Of a stretch of 64,000 bases of DNA, positions 26,109-34,476 are shown piece after piece. A program made the position numbers and the translations under genes. This DNA is from a virus (Duplodnaviria; Caudoviricetes), in the IMG/VR virus record IMGVR_UViG_3300014205_000212, positions 1 to 64,000 of that record. One strand, written 5' to 3'. Under the pieces are notes generated by a model. The model had not been told where the DNA came from. It ran no database searches and saw only the letters and a program-made list of their open reading frames with translations. The first letter of the stretch is position 1. The number at the start of each line of letters is the position of its first letter.

Positions 26109-27170
26109 ATGCCATTAATAGATTTTAATGAAAGTAATATTTCAAAAGAATCTTTACCGGAGAAAAAGAAACATCTACAGGAAAATCTTGTAGATGTTTC
26201 TAATATCCTTCCTAAAGAGAATATTACTAAATCGAACATAAAAGATTATTATAGGAAAAAAGGGTTTATATTAATAAGTCAATCTCTTATTACAAAACTA
26301 ATTGATAAAAGACAAGAAGAAGTTATTTTCTGTCCTAGATATATACATGAATCATATATATTAAAATCAATTGATACTATAGCTACAGAACCTATGCAAG
26401 GAGGTAGTTATTTTGAAACAGGATGTCTTGGTAGTGGAGTAGGAGGAAAAAAGACTATTGACCTTCCTAGAAAGGTTTTAAGTAAAGCTAAGATAGCTCA
26501 ACTTATTGCCGAAGGAAAACCTTTAATAGGAGAAAAGAAAATTGACCAACTTAGAATAGATATACAAATCGAAAGATTTAAACTAAGATGTCAAGAACTA
26601 GGTATAAACATTATTCCAGATGTTAATACACAAATACCTATTATAAAAACTTATGATAATAAGTATCTTGTTTCCGGAGAATTAGATATATTTCCTACAA
26701 CTATTATGTATGAGAACTGCATTAGAGCAGCTATAATAGATTTAAAACTATCAGGTGATGTAAATAATACAAGTGGTCATTATTGTTGGGGAACACCTCA
26801 ATATATGGATCCTATTCAAGGTGACATGTATCATTATCTAATAAGAGATATAGATTTTAATCTTAATCCTCATCTTAAAGAAATAATAAATCAAGGATTA
26901 ATAGATGCTATAAAATTAAATCAAGTACTATTTCTATATTGGATATTTGGTAAGAAAGAACCTTTACATAACCAAGAGAAGTTTGTAGAAAGAGAATATA
27001 ATCCTATGAATATTCAAGAATTGAAAGAAAGGATTAGAAAGACTATCTATATAATAGAAAGAGAAGAACAGTTTGGATGGATAGAAAATCCATGCGATAA
27101 TTGCAATAACTGTGCATTAAATAAATCCTATGGTGGAGAATGTCAATCATCAATAATAAGAAAAGTTTAA
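26109..27170 (+). CDS. PD-(D/E)XK (Cas4/RecB-like) exonuclease
   Basis: GELDIFP...IIDLKLSG; N-terminal FCP and C-terminal CDNCNNC...C cluster. Confidence 0.75.
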   Translation: MPLIDFNESNISKESLPEKKKHLQENLVDVSNILPKENITKSNIKDYYRKKGFILISQSLITKLIDKRQEEVIFCPRYIHESYILKSIDTIATEPMQGGSYFETGCLGSGVGGKKTIDLPRKVLSKAKIAQLIAEGKPLIGEKKIDQLRIDIQIERFKLRCQELGINIIPDVNTQIPIIKTYDNKYLVSGELDIFPTTIMYENCIRAAIIDLKLSGDVNNTSGHYCWGTPQYMDPIQGDMYHYLIRDIDFNLNPHLKEIINQGLIDAIKLNQVLFLYWIFGKKEPLHNQEKFVEREYNPMNIQELKERIRKTIYIIEREEQFGWIENPCDNCNNCALNKSYGGECQSSIIRKV

Positions 27171-27187
27171 TTAAATAAATAAAAATT

Positions 27188-28018
27188 ATGTGTACAAGAG
27201 TATTAGAGTTTAAAGAGAAACAAGAAGTTATTACATTAGATGAATTAAAATTATCTGTAACAGCTAAAGCAGCAGGAGTAAAGAGACAAATAGAGCATTT
27301 TAATATCTTTGATGATATATTAGAAAAATGTGTTAAACAAAATTATAATACATTAGTTAGTCCTATTTATGTTGCAGGAGGTGTATCTGCAAAAAAGATT
27401 CCTGCATTAGAACCTCACGTTGGAGTAAATAATATTCAAGCTTGGTATTTAGATAAAATAACAGGAACAATAACCTTTCCTTCATTTAATAATGAACTTA
27501 CAACTTGTAAAATTAATATTGAACATAGTGATAGAGGTTTATCTATTGCATTTGGTAAAGTTGTTTTGATCTGCAGTAATGGAATGACTGCATTTAGAAG
27601 TGATATAGTAACTACATATGGTGAAGGTAAGTTAAACTATAATCAATGTTTAGAACTTGTAGAAAAATGGTTATATGAACTTCCAGAGAAAAACGAACAA
27701 TATGATAATCTAATTACACAAATGATTAATAGACCTATCATTAAAGAAGCAATACCTGAACTTATAGGTAAGTTAGAACTTAAAGCTGTAGAACAAGCAT
27801 ATTGTAAAGGTGATGAAGCTCCATTTAATATTTCTCAAGTATCTAATTTCTCTAAAAATATTATCACATCTTATAAAGAAGAAAAACCTATTACTAATGT
27901 TTGGGAATTATATAATGCAGGAACATTAATTCAAAAACCAAACTTAATGGATATTAGTACTATAAATAATACTAACTTCCTTCTTACAGATTTCTTTATG
28001 AAAGAATATTTAAATTAA
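27188..28018 (+). CDS. DUF932-like protein
   Basis: LSIAFGKVVLICSNGMT...WELYNAGT. Confidence 0.65.
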   Translation: MCTRVLEFKEKQEVITLDELKLSVTAKAAGVKRQIEHFNIFDDILEKCVKQNYNTLVSPIYVAGGVSAKKIPALEPHVGVNNIQAWYLDKITGTITFPSFNNELTTCKINIEHSDRGLSIAFGKVVLICSNGMTAFRSDIVTTYGEGKLNYNQCLELVEKWLYELPEKNEQYDNLITQMINRPIIKEAIPELIGKLELKAVEQAYCKGDEAPFNISQVSNFSKNIITSYKEEKPITNVWELYNAGTLIQKPNLMDISTINNTNFLLTDFFMKEYLN

Positions 28019-28031
28019 GTTATTTAACTTT

Positions 28032-28068
28032 TAGAGGAATATCTTTAATAAGGTATTCCTCTATTTAA
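28032..28068 (+). terminator. Putative intrinsic terminator
   Basis: TAGAGGAATA/TATTCCTCTA stem. Confidence 0.6.
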
Positions 28069-28080
28069 TAAATTAAAATT

Positions 28081-28338
28081 ATGCCTACAAGTATATTCAT
28101 AGAAAGTTTAACTAAAAGAAATATTTTAGTTAAAAACGGTAGAGAAGATTTAATATTTCATGTTGGTTCAAGTTCTAAAAATACACATAAATTTATTTCT
28201 ATATCTATTAAAGAAAAAATAATTGGAAACAATAAACATTTCTATTTTTATTTAGATGGAATATTAAAAAAAGAATCAGTTTGGGAATGTAAAAATAATA
28301 GAGCAACAATTCATATAATAGATATAAATCATGTATAA
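28081..28338 (+). CDS. Hypothetical protein
   Basis: 85 aa in a run of overlapping small ORFs. Confidence 0.6.
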   Translation: MPTSIFIESLTKRNILVKNGREDLIFHVGSSSKNTHKFISISIKEKIIGNNKHFYFYLDGILKKESVWECKNNRATIHIIDINHV

Positions 28339-28534
28339 AAGATTTGCAATAATTGACGATTATGGAACAATACATTCTAGTACCGAAGAAGAAATGAGAT
28401 TAGCAATTACTGCCATGACAGATTCTGATTCTTTAGTAGGCACTAAAAGTGATATATTAAAATTAAAAGCTAAATATTATTCTCCTTGGGTTGGAGATTT
28501 AAAATTAGTAGAAATTCATAAATTATATAAATAA
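28331..28534 (+). CDS. Hypothetical protein
   Basis: 67 aa, coupled to neighbours. Confidence 0.6.
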   Translation: MYKRFAIIDDYGTIHSSTEEEMRLAITAMTDSDSLVGTKSDILKLKAKYYSPWVGDLKLVEIHKLYK

Positions 28535-28737
28535 TGAAAAAAAGAATAACTAAAGAAGATAATAATACATTAGATAATGTAGAAAAGCCACTTTGGAAAG
28601 ATATAGATGGGAAACCTGTATTGCCTATGAATCATAAAAAGATTTGTGCTAATGCTACTTGGGATTACATTATTGTCTATTTTGATCTTAAAAAATCTCC
28701 TGAAGTATTTAATATTTCTAAACCTAAAAATAAATGA
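28534..28737 (+). CDS. Hypothetical protein
   Basis: 67 aa, TAATG coupling. Confidence 0.6.
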   Translation: MKKRITKEDNNTLDNVEKPLWKDIDGKPVLPMNHKKICANATWDYIIVYFDLKKSPEVFNISKPKNK

Positions 28738-28976
28738 AAACATTTTATTATACAAGAAATCAAAAAGAAGGACATAGTGGATATATAGTTACATTAGAAA
28801 TTTATAAAATAGAGAAAAAAATACCATATCATTTATGTTCTCACACTTTTAATACTGCATCTACAAGAGGAGAAGAATCAGAAGTATTTAATGGATTAGC
28901 AAAAAATGGTTTTCTTCCAAAGAAATATCAAGATAAGTATGCTAGAGAAATTCCACATAAAGCTTATAGATTATGA
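28734..28976 (+). CDS. Hypothetical protein
   Basis: 80 aa, ATGA coupling. Confidence 0.6.
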   Translation: MKTFYYTRNQKEGHSGYIVTLEIYKIEKKIPYHLCSHTFNTASTRGEESEVFNGLAKNGFLPKKYQDKYAREIPHKAYRL

Positions 28977-29221
28977 AATATTACAATAATAAAGGAGCAT
29001 TAGTAGATAGTCATAATGGAGATGCATTATTTATATTAATAGAATTAGAAAATAATTCTTTTATGTCAGTAGAATATAGTTCTGAAGATTATCCTTCGAC
29101 AACAATATTATTCTATAAAAATTTAAAAGAAGTAAAAGAATCATTAAAAAATAATCCGGAATGGATATTAAATGGTATTAAAAATATAAAATTAAAGAAA
29201 TGGTTAAAATCAATCCAGTAG
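28973..29221 (+). CDS. Hypothetical protein
   Basis: 82 aa, ATGA coupling. Confidence 0.6.
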   Translation: MKYYNNKGALVDSHNGDALFILIELENNSFMSVEYSSEDYPSTTILFYKNLKEVKESLKNNPEWILNGIKNIKLKKWLKSIQ

Positions 29222-29418
29222 AAGTTGCAAGTGTATTAGCTACAAATGCAACTTTTGATGAAGTAAAAGTTAATCCTGCAAATAATGTACAGGAAGAAGA
29301 TGATATGTATGAAGAAATAAGTAAAAATGAATATAGATTTAAAGGTATTTTTCAAAATATATTTAATATTCATTATGATTATTATTATAATATTTTAATT
29401 GCCCATAATTATGAATAA
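29200..29418 (+). CDS. Hypothetical protein
   Basis: 72 aa. Confidence 0.6.
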   Translation: MVKINPVEVASVLATNATFDEVKVNPANNVQEEDDMYEEISKNEYRFKGIFQNIFNIHYDYYYNILIAHNYE

Positions 29419-29501
29419 TTCTAAATTTTAAATAGTAATTAATTGTATAGAATAAATATCTTATTTTAAAAGAATTGTTTGTTTAATTAAATAATTGTCA
29501 T

Positions 29502-30122
29502 ATGAAAATGTTAAAAGAAATAGCTGAAAATTATTCAGCACTAAATTACAACTCTGATAACTATTTTATAGGAGGAGGTTTAGATGGCTCAAAATTCGCT
29601 TCTAATCGGCACGAGGATGCACGTAATGATTCAGGAAAGCTTACACTTGGGGAATTAACTGCACTTCTCAAGAAGGTCACAAAAATAGACATAGATGTTA
29701 TAAAGTCTGTAATTAATTACGCAGTGCCTAACATGGAATGGCATCATGCCGGGAAATTGCCAAAACAATACGGTGGAGGCATGAAGAAGACATATTTTTT
29801 AAATGCAAAAGAAATTTGTGATATTGCAACTAATTTCGAAGATTATAAAAATAAAGTTGAAATTGCAATTGTTACTAAAAAGGCTGAGGCAGAGGCACAA
29901 AATACATTAGTCCAACGTCAATTAGACTACCTTAAAGGAAATGCCACTAAATTTAGCAGAGTGTCAAATTTACCTCAATTTTACACAATTACTGAAAGCG
30001 AAATGAACGGTAAATATGGGTGGTTTGATGCTTCCGGAAAGTCGTATAGTTTACCGATATATTACTCCGGTTGGGAATTTAAAAATCAAGAAGATTTAAA
30101 TAACTATCACTTAATTCGTTAA
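29502..30122 (+). CDS. Hypothetical protein (GC-richer than flanks)
   Basis: 206-aa ORF with EWHHAG motif. Confidence 0.75.
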   Translation: MKMLKEIAENYSALNYNSDNYFIGGGLDGSKFASNRHEDARNDSGKLTLGELTALLKKVTKIDIDVIKSVINYAVPNMEWHHAGKLPKQYGGGMKKTYFLNAKEICDIATNFEDYKNKVEIAIVTKKAEAEAQNTLVQRQLDYLKGNATKFSRVSNLPQFYTITESEMNGKYGWFDASGKSYSLPIYYSGWEFKNQEDLNNYHLIR

Positions 30123-30283
30123 TATGAAAGTTACTGTGACTTATATCAAAGTAATCAAGAAAGTTATAAAAGCGAAAGACAACGCAGAACTTTTAATACT
30201 TATTGATGAAAAGTGCCCTAAAGGTTATATTTTACAAAAATTTTAATTTTATAATTTAGTAATAATTTTTAAAACGAAATAAA

Positions 30284-30724
30284 ATGAAAAATACTATTGA
30301 TAAATTAAAATTGAAAAAATATCATTCTAAAATAATAAAAGCTAAAATAATAACTAGTAAAAATGCATACGATTATATTAGACAGTTTTACTTTGATGAT
30401 ATAGATATTTATGAAAGTGTTTTTATATTACTCATAGATGCCTCTAATACAACAATAGGATATGCTAAAATAAGTCAAGGAGGAGTTATAGGAACAGTTA
30501 TAGATGTTAAGTTAATATGTAAATATGTTATAGATAGTTTAGCGATGGGAGTTATATTAGCTCATAACCATCCTACAGGTAACCTTAAAGCAAGTGATTC
30601 TGATATGCAAATAACATCTAAAGTAAAAGATGCTTTAAATATCTTTGATTGTAAATTATTAGATCATATTATACTTAGTTCTAATAAATATTTATCCATG
30701 GCAGATGAAGGAATTTTAATTTAA
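30284..30724 (+). CDS. RadC-like JAB/MPN domain protein
   Basis: ESVFILL...ISQGGVIGTVID...AHNHPTG...SDSD...LLDHII. Confidence 0.9.
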   Translation: MKNTIDKLKLKKYHSKIIKAKIITSKNAYDYIRQFYFDDIDIYESVFILLIDASNTTIGYAKISQGGVIGTVIDVKLICKYVIDSLAMGVILAHNHPTGNLKASDSDMQITSKVKDALNIFDCKLLDHIILSSNKYLSMADEGILI

Positions 30725-30730
30725 AATATT

Positions 30731-30958
30731 ATGAAAAATAAATATGTTTATTATATAATGGAAACTGATATATGGCAATCAAATTATTCAGAAACTCTAT
30801 TTGGTATTTATGATGATTATGATATAACTTTTAAAGAGTTTAATAAATTATCAGAATTTTATAATAAAGAAAATATTAATGGAGATATTATTATGTATTA
30901 TACTATTATAAATCAAAAACATGAATCTATAAAAATTATGTCTAAATCTGGTAATTAA
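30731..30958 (+). CDS. Hypothetical protein
   Basis: 75 aa. Confidence 0.6.
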   Translation: MKNKYVYYIMETDIWQSNYSETLFGIYDDYDITFKEFNKLSEFYNKENINGDIIMYYTIINQKHESIKIMSKSGN

Positions 30959-31188
30959 TGAATAAAGAAGAAAAAGAATTATTTATAAATAATTTTATAA
31001 ATAGTATAAAAGAAGATTTATTATCTAAATTAGATTCTATTCCTGAAAATTGGGATGGATTTGAATTAAGACATTATATTAATATTAAATTCGAACAAGA
31101 AAATTTATGGAAAAGAAAAATATTAAGTAATACAGATAAAATAAGAAAACAAAGATGTCTTAATGATATTTATAATAATGGGTTGTAG
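30958..31188 (+). CDS. Hypothetical protein
   Basis: 76 aa, TAATG coupling. Confidence 0.6.
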   Translation: MNKEEKELFINNFINSIKEDLLSKLDSIPENWDGFELRHYINIKFEQENLWKRKILSNTDKIRKQRCLNDIYNNGL

Positions 31189-31393
31189 TGTATTAAATTG
31201 GAGTAGGGAGTTACATAATAAAAAAGTAACTCCTGACCGTAATGATGGTAAAATAACAGTTAAAATACCAAATGGATATATCACATTTTCCACTGAAGAA
31301 GAAAAACAAGATTGGCTTAAAAGATATTTAAATAAACAAATTGTTGAAAATAAACCTTTAAAATTTAATCGTTATAAAAAAAGAAATAAATGA
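31163..31393 (+). CDS. Hypothetical protein (start uncertain)
   Basis: 76 aa. Confidence 0.5.
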   Translation: MIFIIMGCSVLNWSRELHNKKVTPDRNDGKITVKIPNGYITFSTEEEKQDWLKRYLNKQIVENKPLKFNRYKKRNK

Positions 31394-31815
31394 AAGCAGA
31401 AGAATATAAAGACATTTTAAATCATTATATGTATCGTTTTAAATTAGAACATACAGATGAATATCATAATTATATAAAATTAAAATATTTCTATACAAAA
31501 AATTCAGAAATTACAGTAGATAATATTATAAAACTTGTATGTGAAGGAGAGAAAGTAGATATAGAAGATATGAAAAGAACCGGAAGAAATAGAAATTTAA
31601 ATATTCAACCTAGACAAATAGCTTCTTATCTTATTACTAAACACATTAAAGGACTTACATTAGAATCAATAGGTAAAGCTTTAAGAAATGAACCTTTAGA
31701 TCATGCAACAGTTATTCATGCTAATAAAACTATTAATAATCTTATAGATACAGATAAGAGAATGAAAAATAAATTAATTCATTATGAAGACATCATTAAA
31801 GCTTGGAAAGAATGA
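31390..31815 (+). CDS. Protein with DnaA C-terminal (domain IV) HTH
   Basis: RQIASYL...TLESIGKAL...DHATVIHANKTI matches the DnaA domain IV signature. Confidence 0.8.
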   Translation: MKAEEYKDILNHYMYRFKLEHTDEYHNYIKLKYFYTKNSEITVDNIIKLVCEGEKVDIEDMKRTGRNRNLNIQPRQIASYLITKHIKGLTLESIGKALRNEPLDHATVIHANKTINNLIDTDKRMKNKLIHYEDIIKAWKE

Positions 31816-32468
31816 CAGAGATAGAAAAGTTCTTTAAAGATACATATGTTAGAAATACACCTATAATAGAATATCTAAGAGAAGCTACAAGAAATAAATT
31901 AGCATATTTTATTCCTCTTAATACACCATCATTAAAAAATAGTAAACAGATACAACAGATATTTACTAAGAATTCTACTTGCTGTCATTCTAGAGGTGGA
32001 TTGGTTATTAAAACATCTACAGGAGGATTAATTTGTTCTCATTGTCAACAACCTTGTGGAAGACATACAAGACCTATTTTAAATGCTTCAGATGGCGTAC
32101 AGGAATATGAAAAAAATATATTACCTTTTGTAAATGTCTTTAAAGGTATATTTAAAGAATGGAAAGTAGGAAAGACAGAACCTTTAGTTATGTGTTTTTA
32201 TTTTATAAGAAACCAATATAGAGATTTTGATTATGGAAACGCTTCTGAGGTACTTTTAGATATGTTTAAAGACCAAACTGATAAGAAGACTAAAGAAGTT
32301 ATACCGAGATTAATTACTGATGATTGTATGCGTTTTGTAAAACCTTTCTTTCTAGGTTGTCATTATTCACAAGATAAACCTGGTACTATCATTACTTTAC
32401 TTACAAAAGAACTACTTGAAATATATAGTAAAGTATATTTAGATTATAAACCTAATACATTATTCTAA
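31803..32468 (+). CDS. RusA-like Holliday junction resolvase with a zinc-ribbon insertion
   Basis: IPLNTPSLKNSK, FYFIR...DFDYGN...DM...ITDD; inserted CC...CSHC. Confidence 0.6.
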   Translation: MERMTEIEKFFKDTYVRNTPIIEYLREATRNKLAYFIPLNTPSLKNSKQIQQIFTKNSTCCHSRGGLVIKTSTGGLICSHCQQPCGRHTRPILNASDGVQEYEKNILPFVNVFKGIFKEWKVGKTEPLVMCFYFIRNQYRDFDYGNASEVLLDMFKDQTDKKTKEVIPRLITDDCMRFVKPFFLGCHYSQDKPGTIITLLTKELLEIYSKVYLDYKPNTLF

Positions 32469-32740
32469 TGAAAACATATAAACCAATAACTAAAAAAATA
32501 ATAATAGATATATTAACCGATGTAGAACATTATAATCAAAGTCCATTAAATTTAATAATTAATGGATATAATATTGATGAAAATATCACTTGTAGAAAAA
32601 TATGTGTTAAAAAAGGTAGAATAGAATATTTCTATTATAAAGATTCTCCTGAAAGTATGGAAAGATTTAAAATGTTACTTAACCAAATATTAAATAGAAA
32701 TGAAAAAAGTAAGTATAGTAATAGTATCAAGAATGTATAA
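32468..32740 (+). CDS. Hypothetical protein
   Basis: 90 aa. Confidence 0.6.
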   Translation: MKTYKPITKKIIIDILTDVEHYNQSPLNLIINGYNIDENITCRKICVKKGRIEYFYYKDSPESMERFKMLLNQILNRNEKSKYSNSIKNV

Positions 32741-32888
32741 TGTAATACATGAAGATGATTTATCTGAAACAGGAATATTAAGATTAGCAGAAAACAACTT
32801 TGATAATGAAATTAACCTATTAACTTCTAATTTAGAAGATGGTGATTTTGCTTATGAAATAAAAAGTACTAACGATTATAAAGTTTGA
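32700..32888 (+). CDS. Hypothetical protein
   Basis: 62 aa. Confidence 0.55.
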   Translation: MKKVSIVIVSRMYNVIHEDDLSETGILRLAENNFDNEINLLTSNLEDGDFAYEIKSTNDYKV

Positions 32889-32889
32889 T

Positions 32890-33225
32890 ATGGAACAGTC
32901 ATTTATAGAAAAAAGAATTGCAAGTAAAGCAACTGAAAGAGTAGATAAAGATTATAGAGAATTTATAGATTTTTGTAATAAAAATCCTTTTGCTAAACAA
33001 ATACAAATTAAAGTAAATAATATAAATATTTTTTTAACTGGTAATAATTATAATAATCAAGAATTATTTTCTCCTCATAATACAAATAATAAAAATAATG
33101 ATTTTACCAACTATATAGATATATTCAATAAGCTTCAAAAAAAATATGAAAAAGAAGAAACAGAAATTTTACTTGATAAATTAGATAGTGTAAAATATTT
33201 ATTTGATAACTTAAATAACATATAA
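32890..33225 (+). CDS. Hypothetical protein
   Basis: 111 aa. Confidence 0.65.
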   Translation: MEQSFIEKRIASKATERVDKDYREFIDFCNKNPFAKQIQIKVNNINIFLTGNNYNNQELFSPHNTNNKNNDFTNYIDIFNKLQKKYEKEETEILLDKLDSVKYLFDNLNNI

Positions 33226-33230
33226 TTAAT

Positions 33231-33596
33231 ATGCAAAAACATACAGAAATATATTTAAATCATTTTCATCTTCATCAAGGAGAAGTTATAGTAAGTGAGA
33301 TATCCGGAACTACCAATGGTATAAACATTCATCATTTAGATTCTAAAAAGATGGGTGGTAGTGATACTAAAGATTATATAGAGAATCTATGTGCTATTAC
33401 CATTACAGAACATGAGTTATGCCATAGATATAAAGAATATAATGAATATGTAAAGAAGATACATGAATTATTCTTAACTATTAATCCTTATTCTTATCCT
33501 CATCTCTTTCTTGATAATACAATTTATAAAAAATATCAAAAAGATTTATATCAGATACTTAAAGAATGTGGACATTATAAAAAATATAGTAAATGA
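33231..33596 (+). CDS. HNH endonuclease-like protein
   Basis: NIHHLDSKKMGG...IENLCAITITEHELCH. Confidence 0.7.
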   Translation: MQKHTEIYLNHFHLHQGEVIVSEISGTTNGINIHHLDSKKMGGSDTKDYIENLCAITITEHELCHRYKEYNEYVKKIHELFLTINPYSYPHLFLDNTIYKKYQKDLYQILKECGHYKKYSK

Positions 33597-33611
33597 ATAT
33601 AGATAATAATG

Positions 33612-33739
33612 TAACGGCTGGCGGTATGCGGTCGTTGCCGAACTATCAAATTAGTAATAACTTAAATACGAGAACAAAATTATGAATACAGAAAAAAGTA
33701 TCAACGAAGCGGAAGGCAATGCCGTATTACCGCTTGTTA
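33612..33739 (+). repeat. attC-like hairpin E0 (128 bp) containing a start codon
   Basis: GCGGTATGCGGTCGTTGCC/GGCAATGCCGTATTACCGC; ATG at 33682. Confidence 0.85.
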
Positions 33740-34050
33740 CCACCCGTTTTTTATTGCTCAGTCTGAAATGGACTAACAAAAAAGATAAGTGGTTTACGTT
33801 TTGGCGTGAAAATTCAGCAGGGTATTGCTGGTTCAAAGAATGGTGTGGACTTTATGATATTGAAAAAGCAAGAGAAACGCACGGACACGACAATACTATT
33901 ATGGTTGATGGATTCCTTATTAAACACCTTTGGAAAGAAATTGAATACGAAGGTAAAAAACGTGAAATACTTCCAAATACGGAAGAGGTGCGTAAATTTT
34001 TATCTATTCAACTTCGAGATTTAAAAGCATTGCACCGCACTACTCATTAA
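33682..34050 (+). CDS. Cassette hypothetical protein (starts in the E0 loop)
   Basis: 122 aa, MNTEKSINEAEGNAVLPLVTTRF... Confidence 0.75.
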   Translation: MNTEKSINEAEGNAVLPLVTTRFLLLSLKWTNKKDKWFTFWRENSAGYCWFKEWCGLYDIEKARETHGHDNTIMVDGFLIKHLWKEIEYEGKKREILPNTEEVRKFLSIQLRDLKALHRTTH

Positions 34051-34058
34051 ATGGGTGG

Positions 34059-34148
34059 TAACGTTTTGCGTATATACGAGGTACGCCTTAACGATGAATT
34101 TTAAATTACAACAAACGCTTATAGGCGTATCTTGTATATACGCTGTTA
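34059..34148 (+). repeat. attC-like hairpin E1 (90 bp)
   Basis: GCGTATATACGAGGTACGCCT/AGGCGTATCTTGTATATACGC; 21-bp stem with 2 G.T. Confidence 0.9.
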
Positions 34149-34163
34149 GCACCAGTACGGATT

Positions 34164-34430
34164 ATGAGAACTGAACTAAATTTATATGATGACAAATTAA
34201 AACAAGCAATACTTGATTTGCCATACAATACAAAGATTGATGATAATGGTGTTGATTGCGATATGGTTTTCATCCCTGAAAGTGATTATGGATTTGCTGA
34301 AATATACAGAATGTACGATGATATTTTAGTTTTTTTAATCCCAACTTACGGAGGAACACCATCATTGCAATATCACGTTAGTAGACACGCTATTGATTAT
34401 CTGATTTCTGAATTGAAAAAGATAACGTAG
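34164..34430 (+). CDS. Cassette hypothetical protein
   Basis: 88 aa filling body 34145-34443. Confidence 0.75.
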   Translation: MRTELNLYDDKLKQAILDLPYNTKIDDNGVDCDMVFIPESDYGFAEIYRMYDDILVFLIPTYGGTPSLQYHVSRHAIDYLISELKKIT

Positions 34431-34439
34431 TATTGGTGC

Positions 34440-34476
34440 TAACTAGTTTATATATATAGTTCAAAAAAATGAAGTA
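34440..34476 (-). other. attI-like array-terminal site T3
   Basis: + strand TAACTAGTTTATATATATAGTTCAAAAAAATGAAGTA; perfect 21-bp inverted partner at 34536-34556. Confidence 0.75.

Larger units (their letters stand above)
33612..34476 (+). mobile_element. Integron-like cassette array E (2 cassettes) ending in T3
   Basis: Bodies 33736-34062 (GTTACCACCC/GGGTGGTAAC) and 34145-34443 (GTTAGCACCA/TGGTGCTAAC). Confidence 0.88.

Noticed and set aside
11932-34476. Cassette hairpins as CRISPR repeats or plain terminators
   Set aside because: They are not direct repeats of constant sequence and lack U-tracts. Terminators would not explain the cassette-specific end complementarity or starts inside loops.
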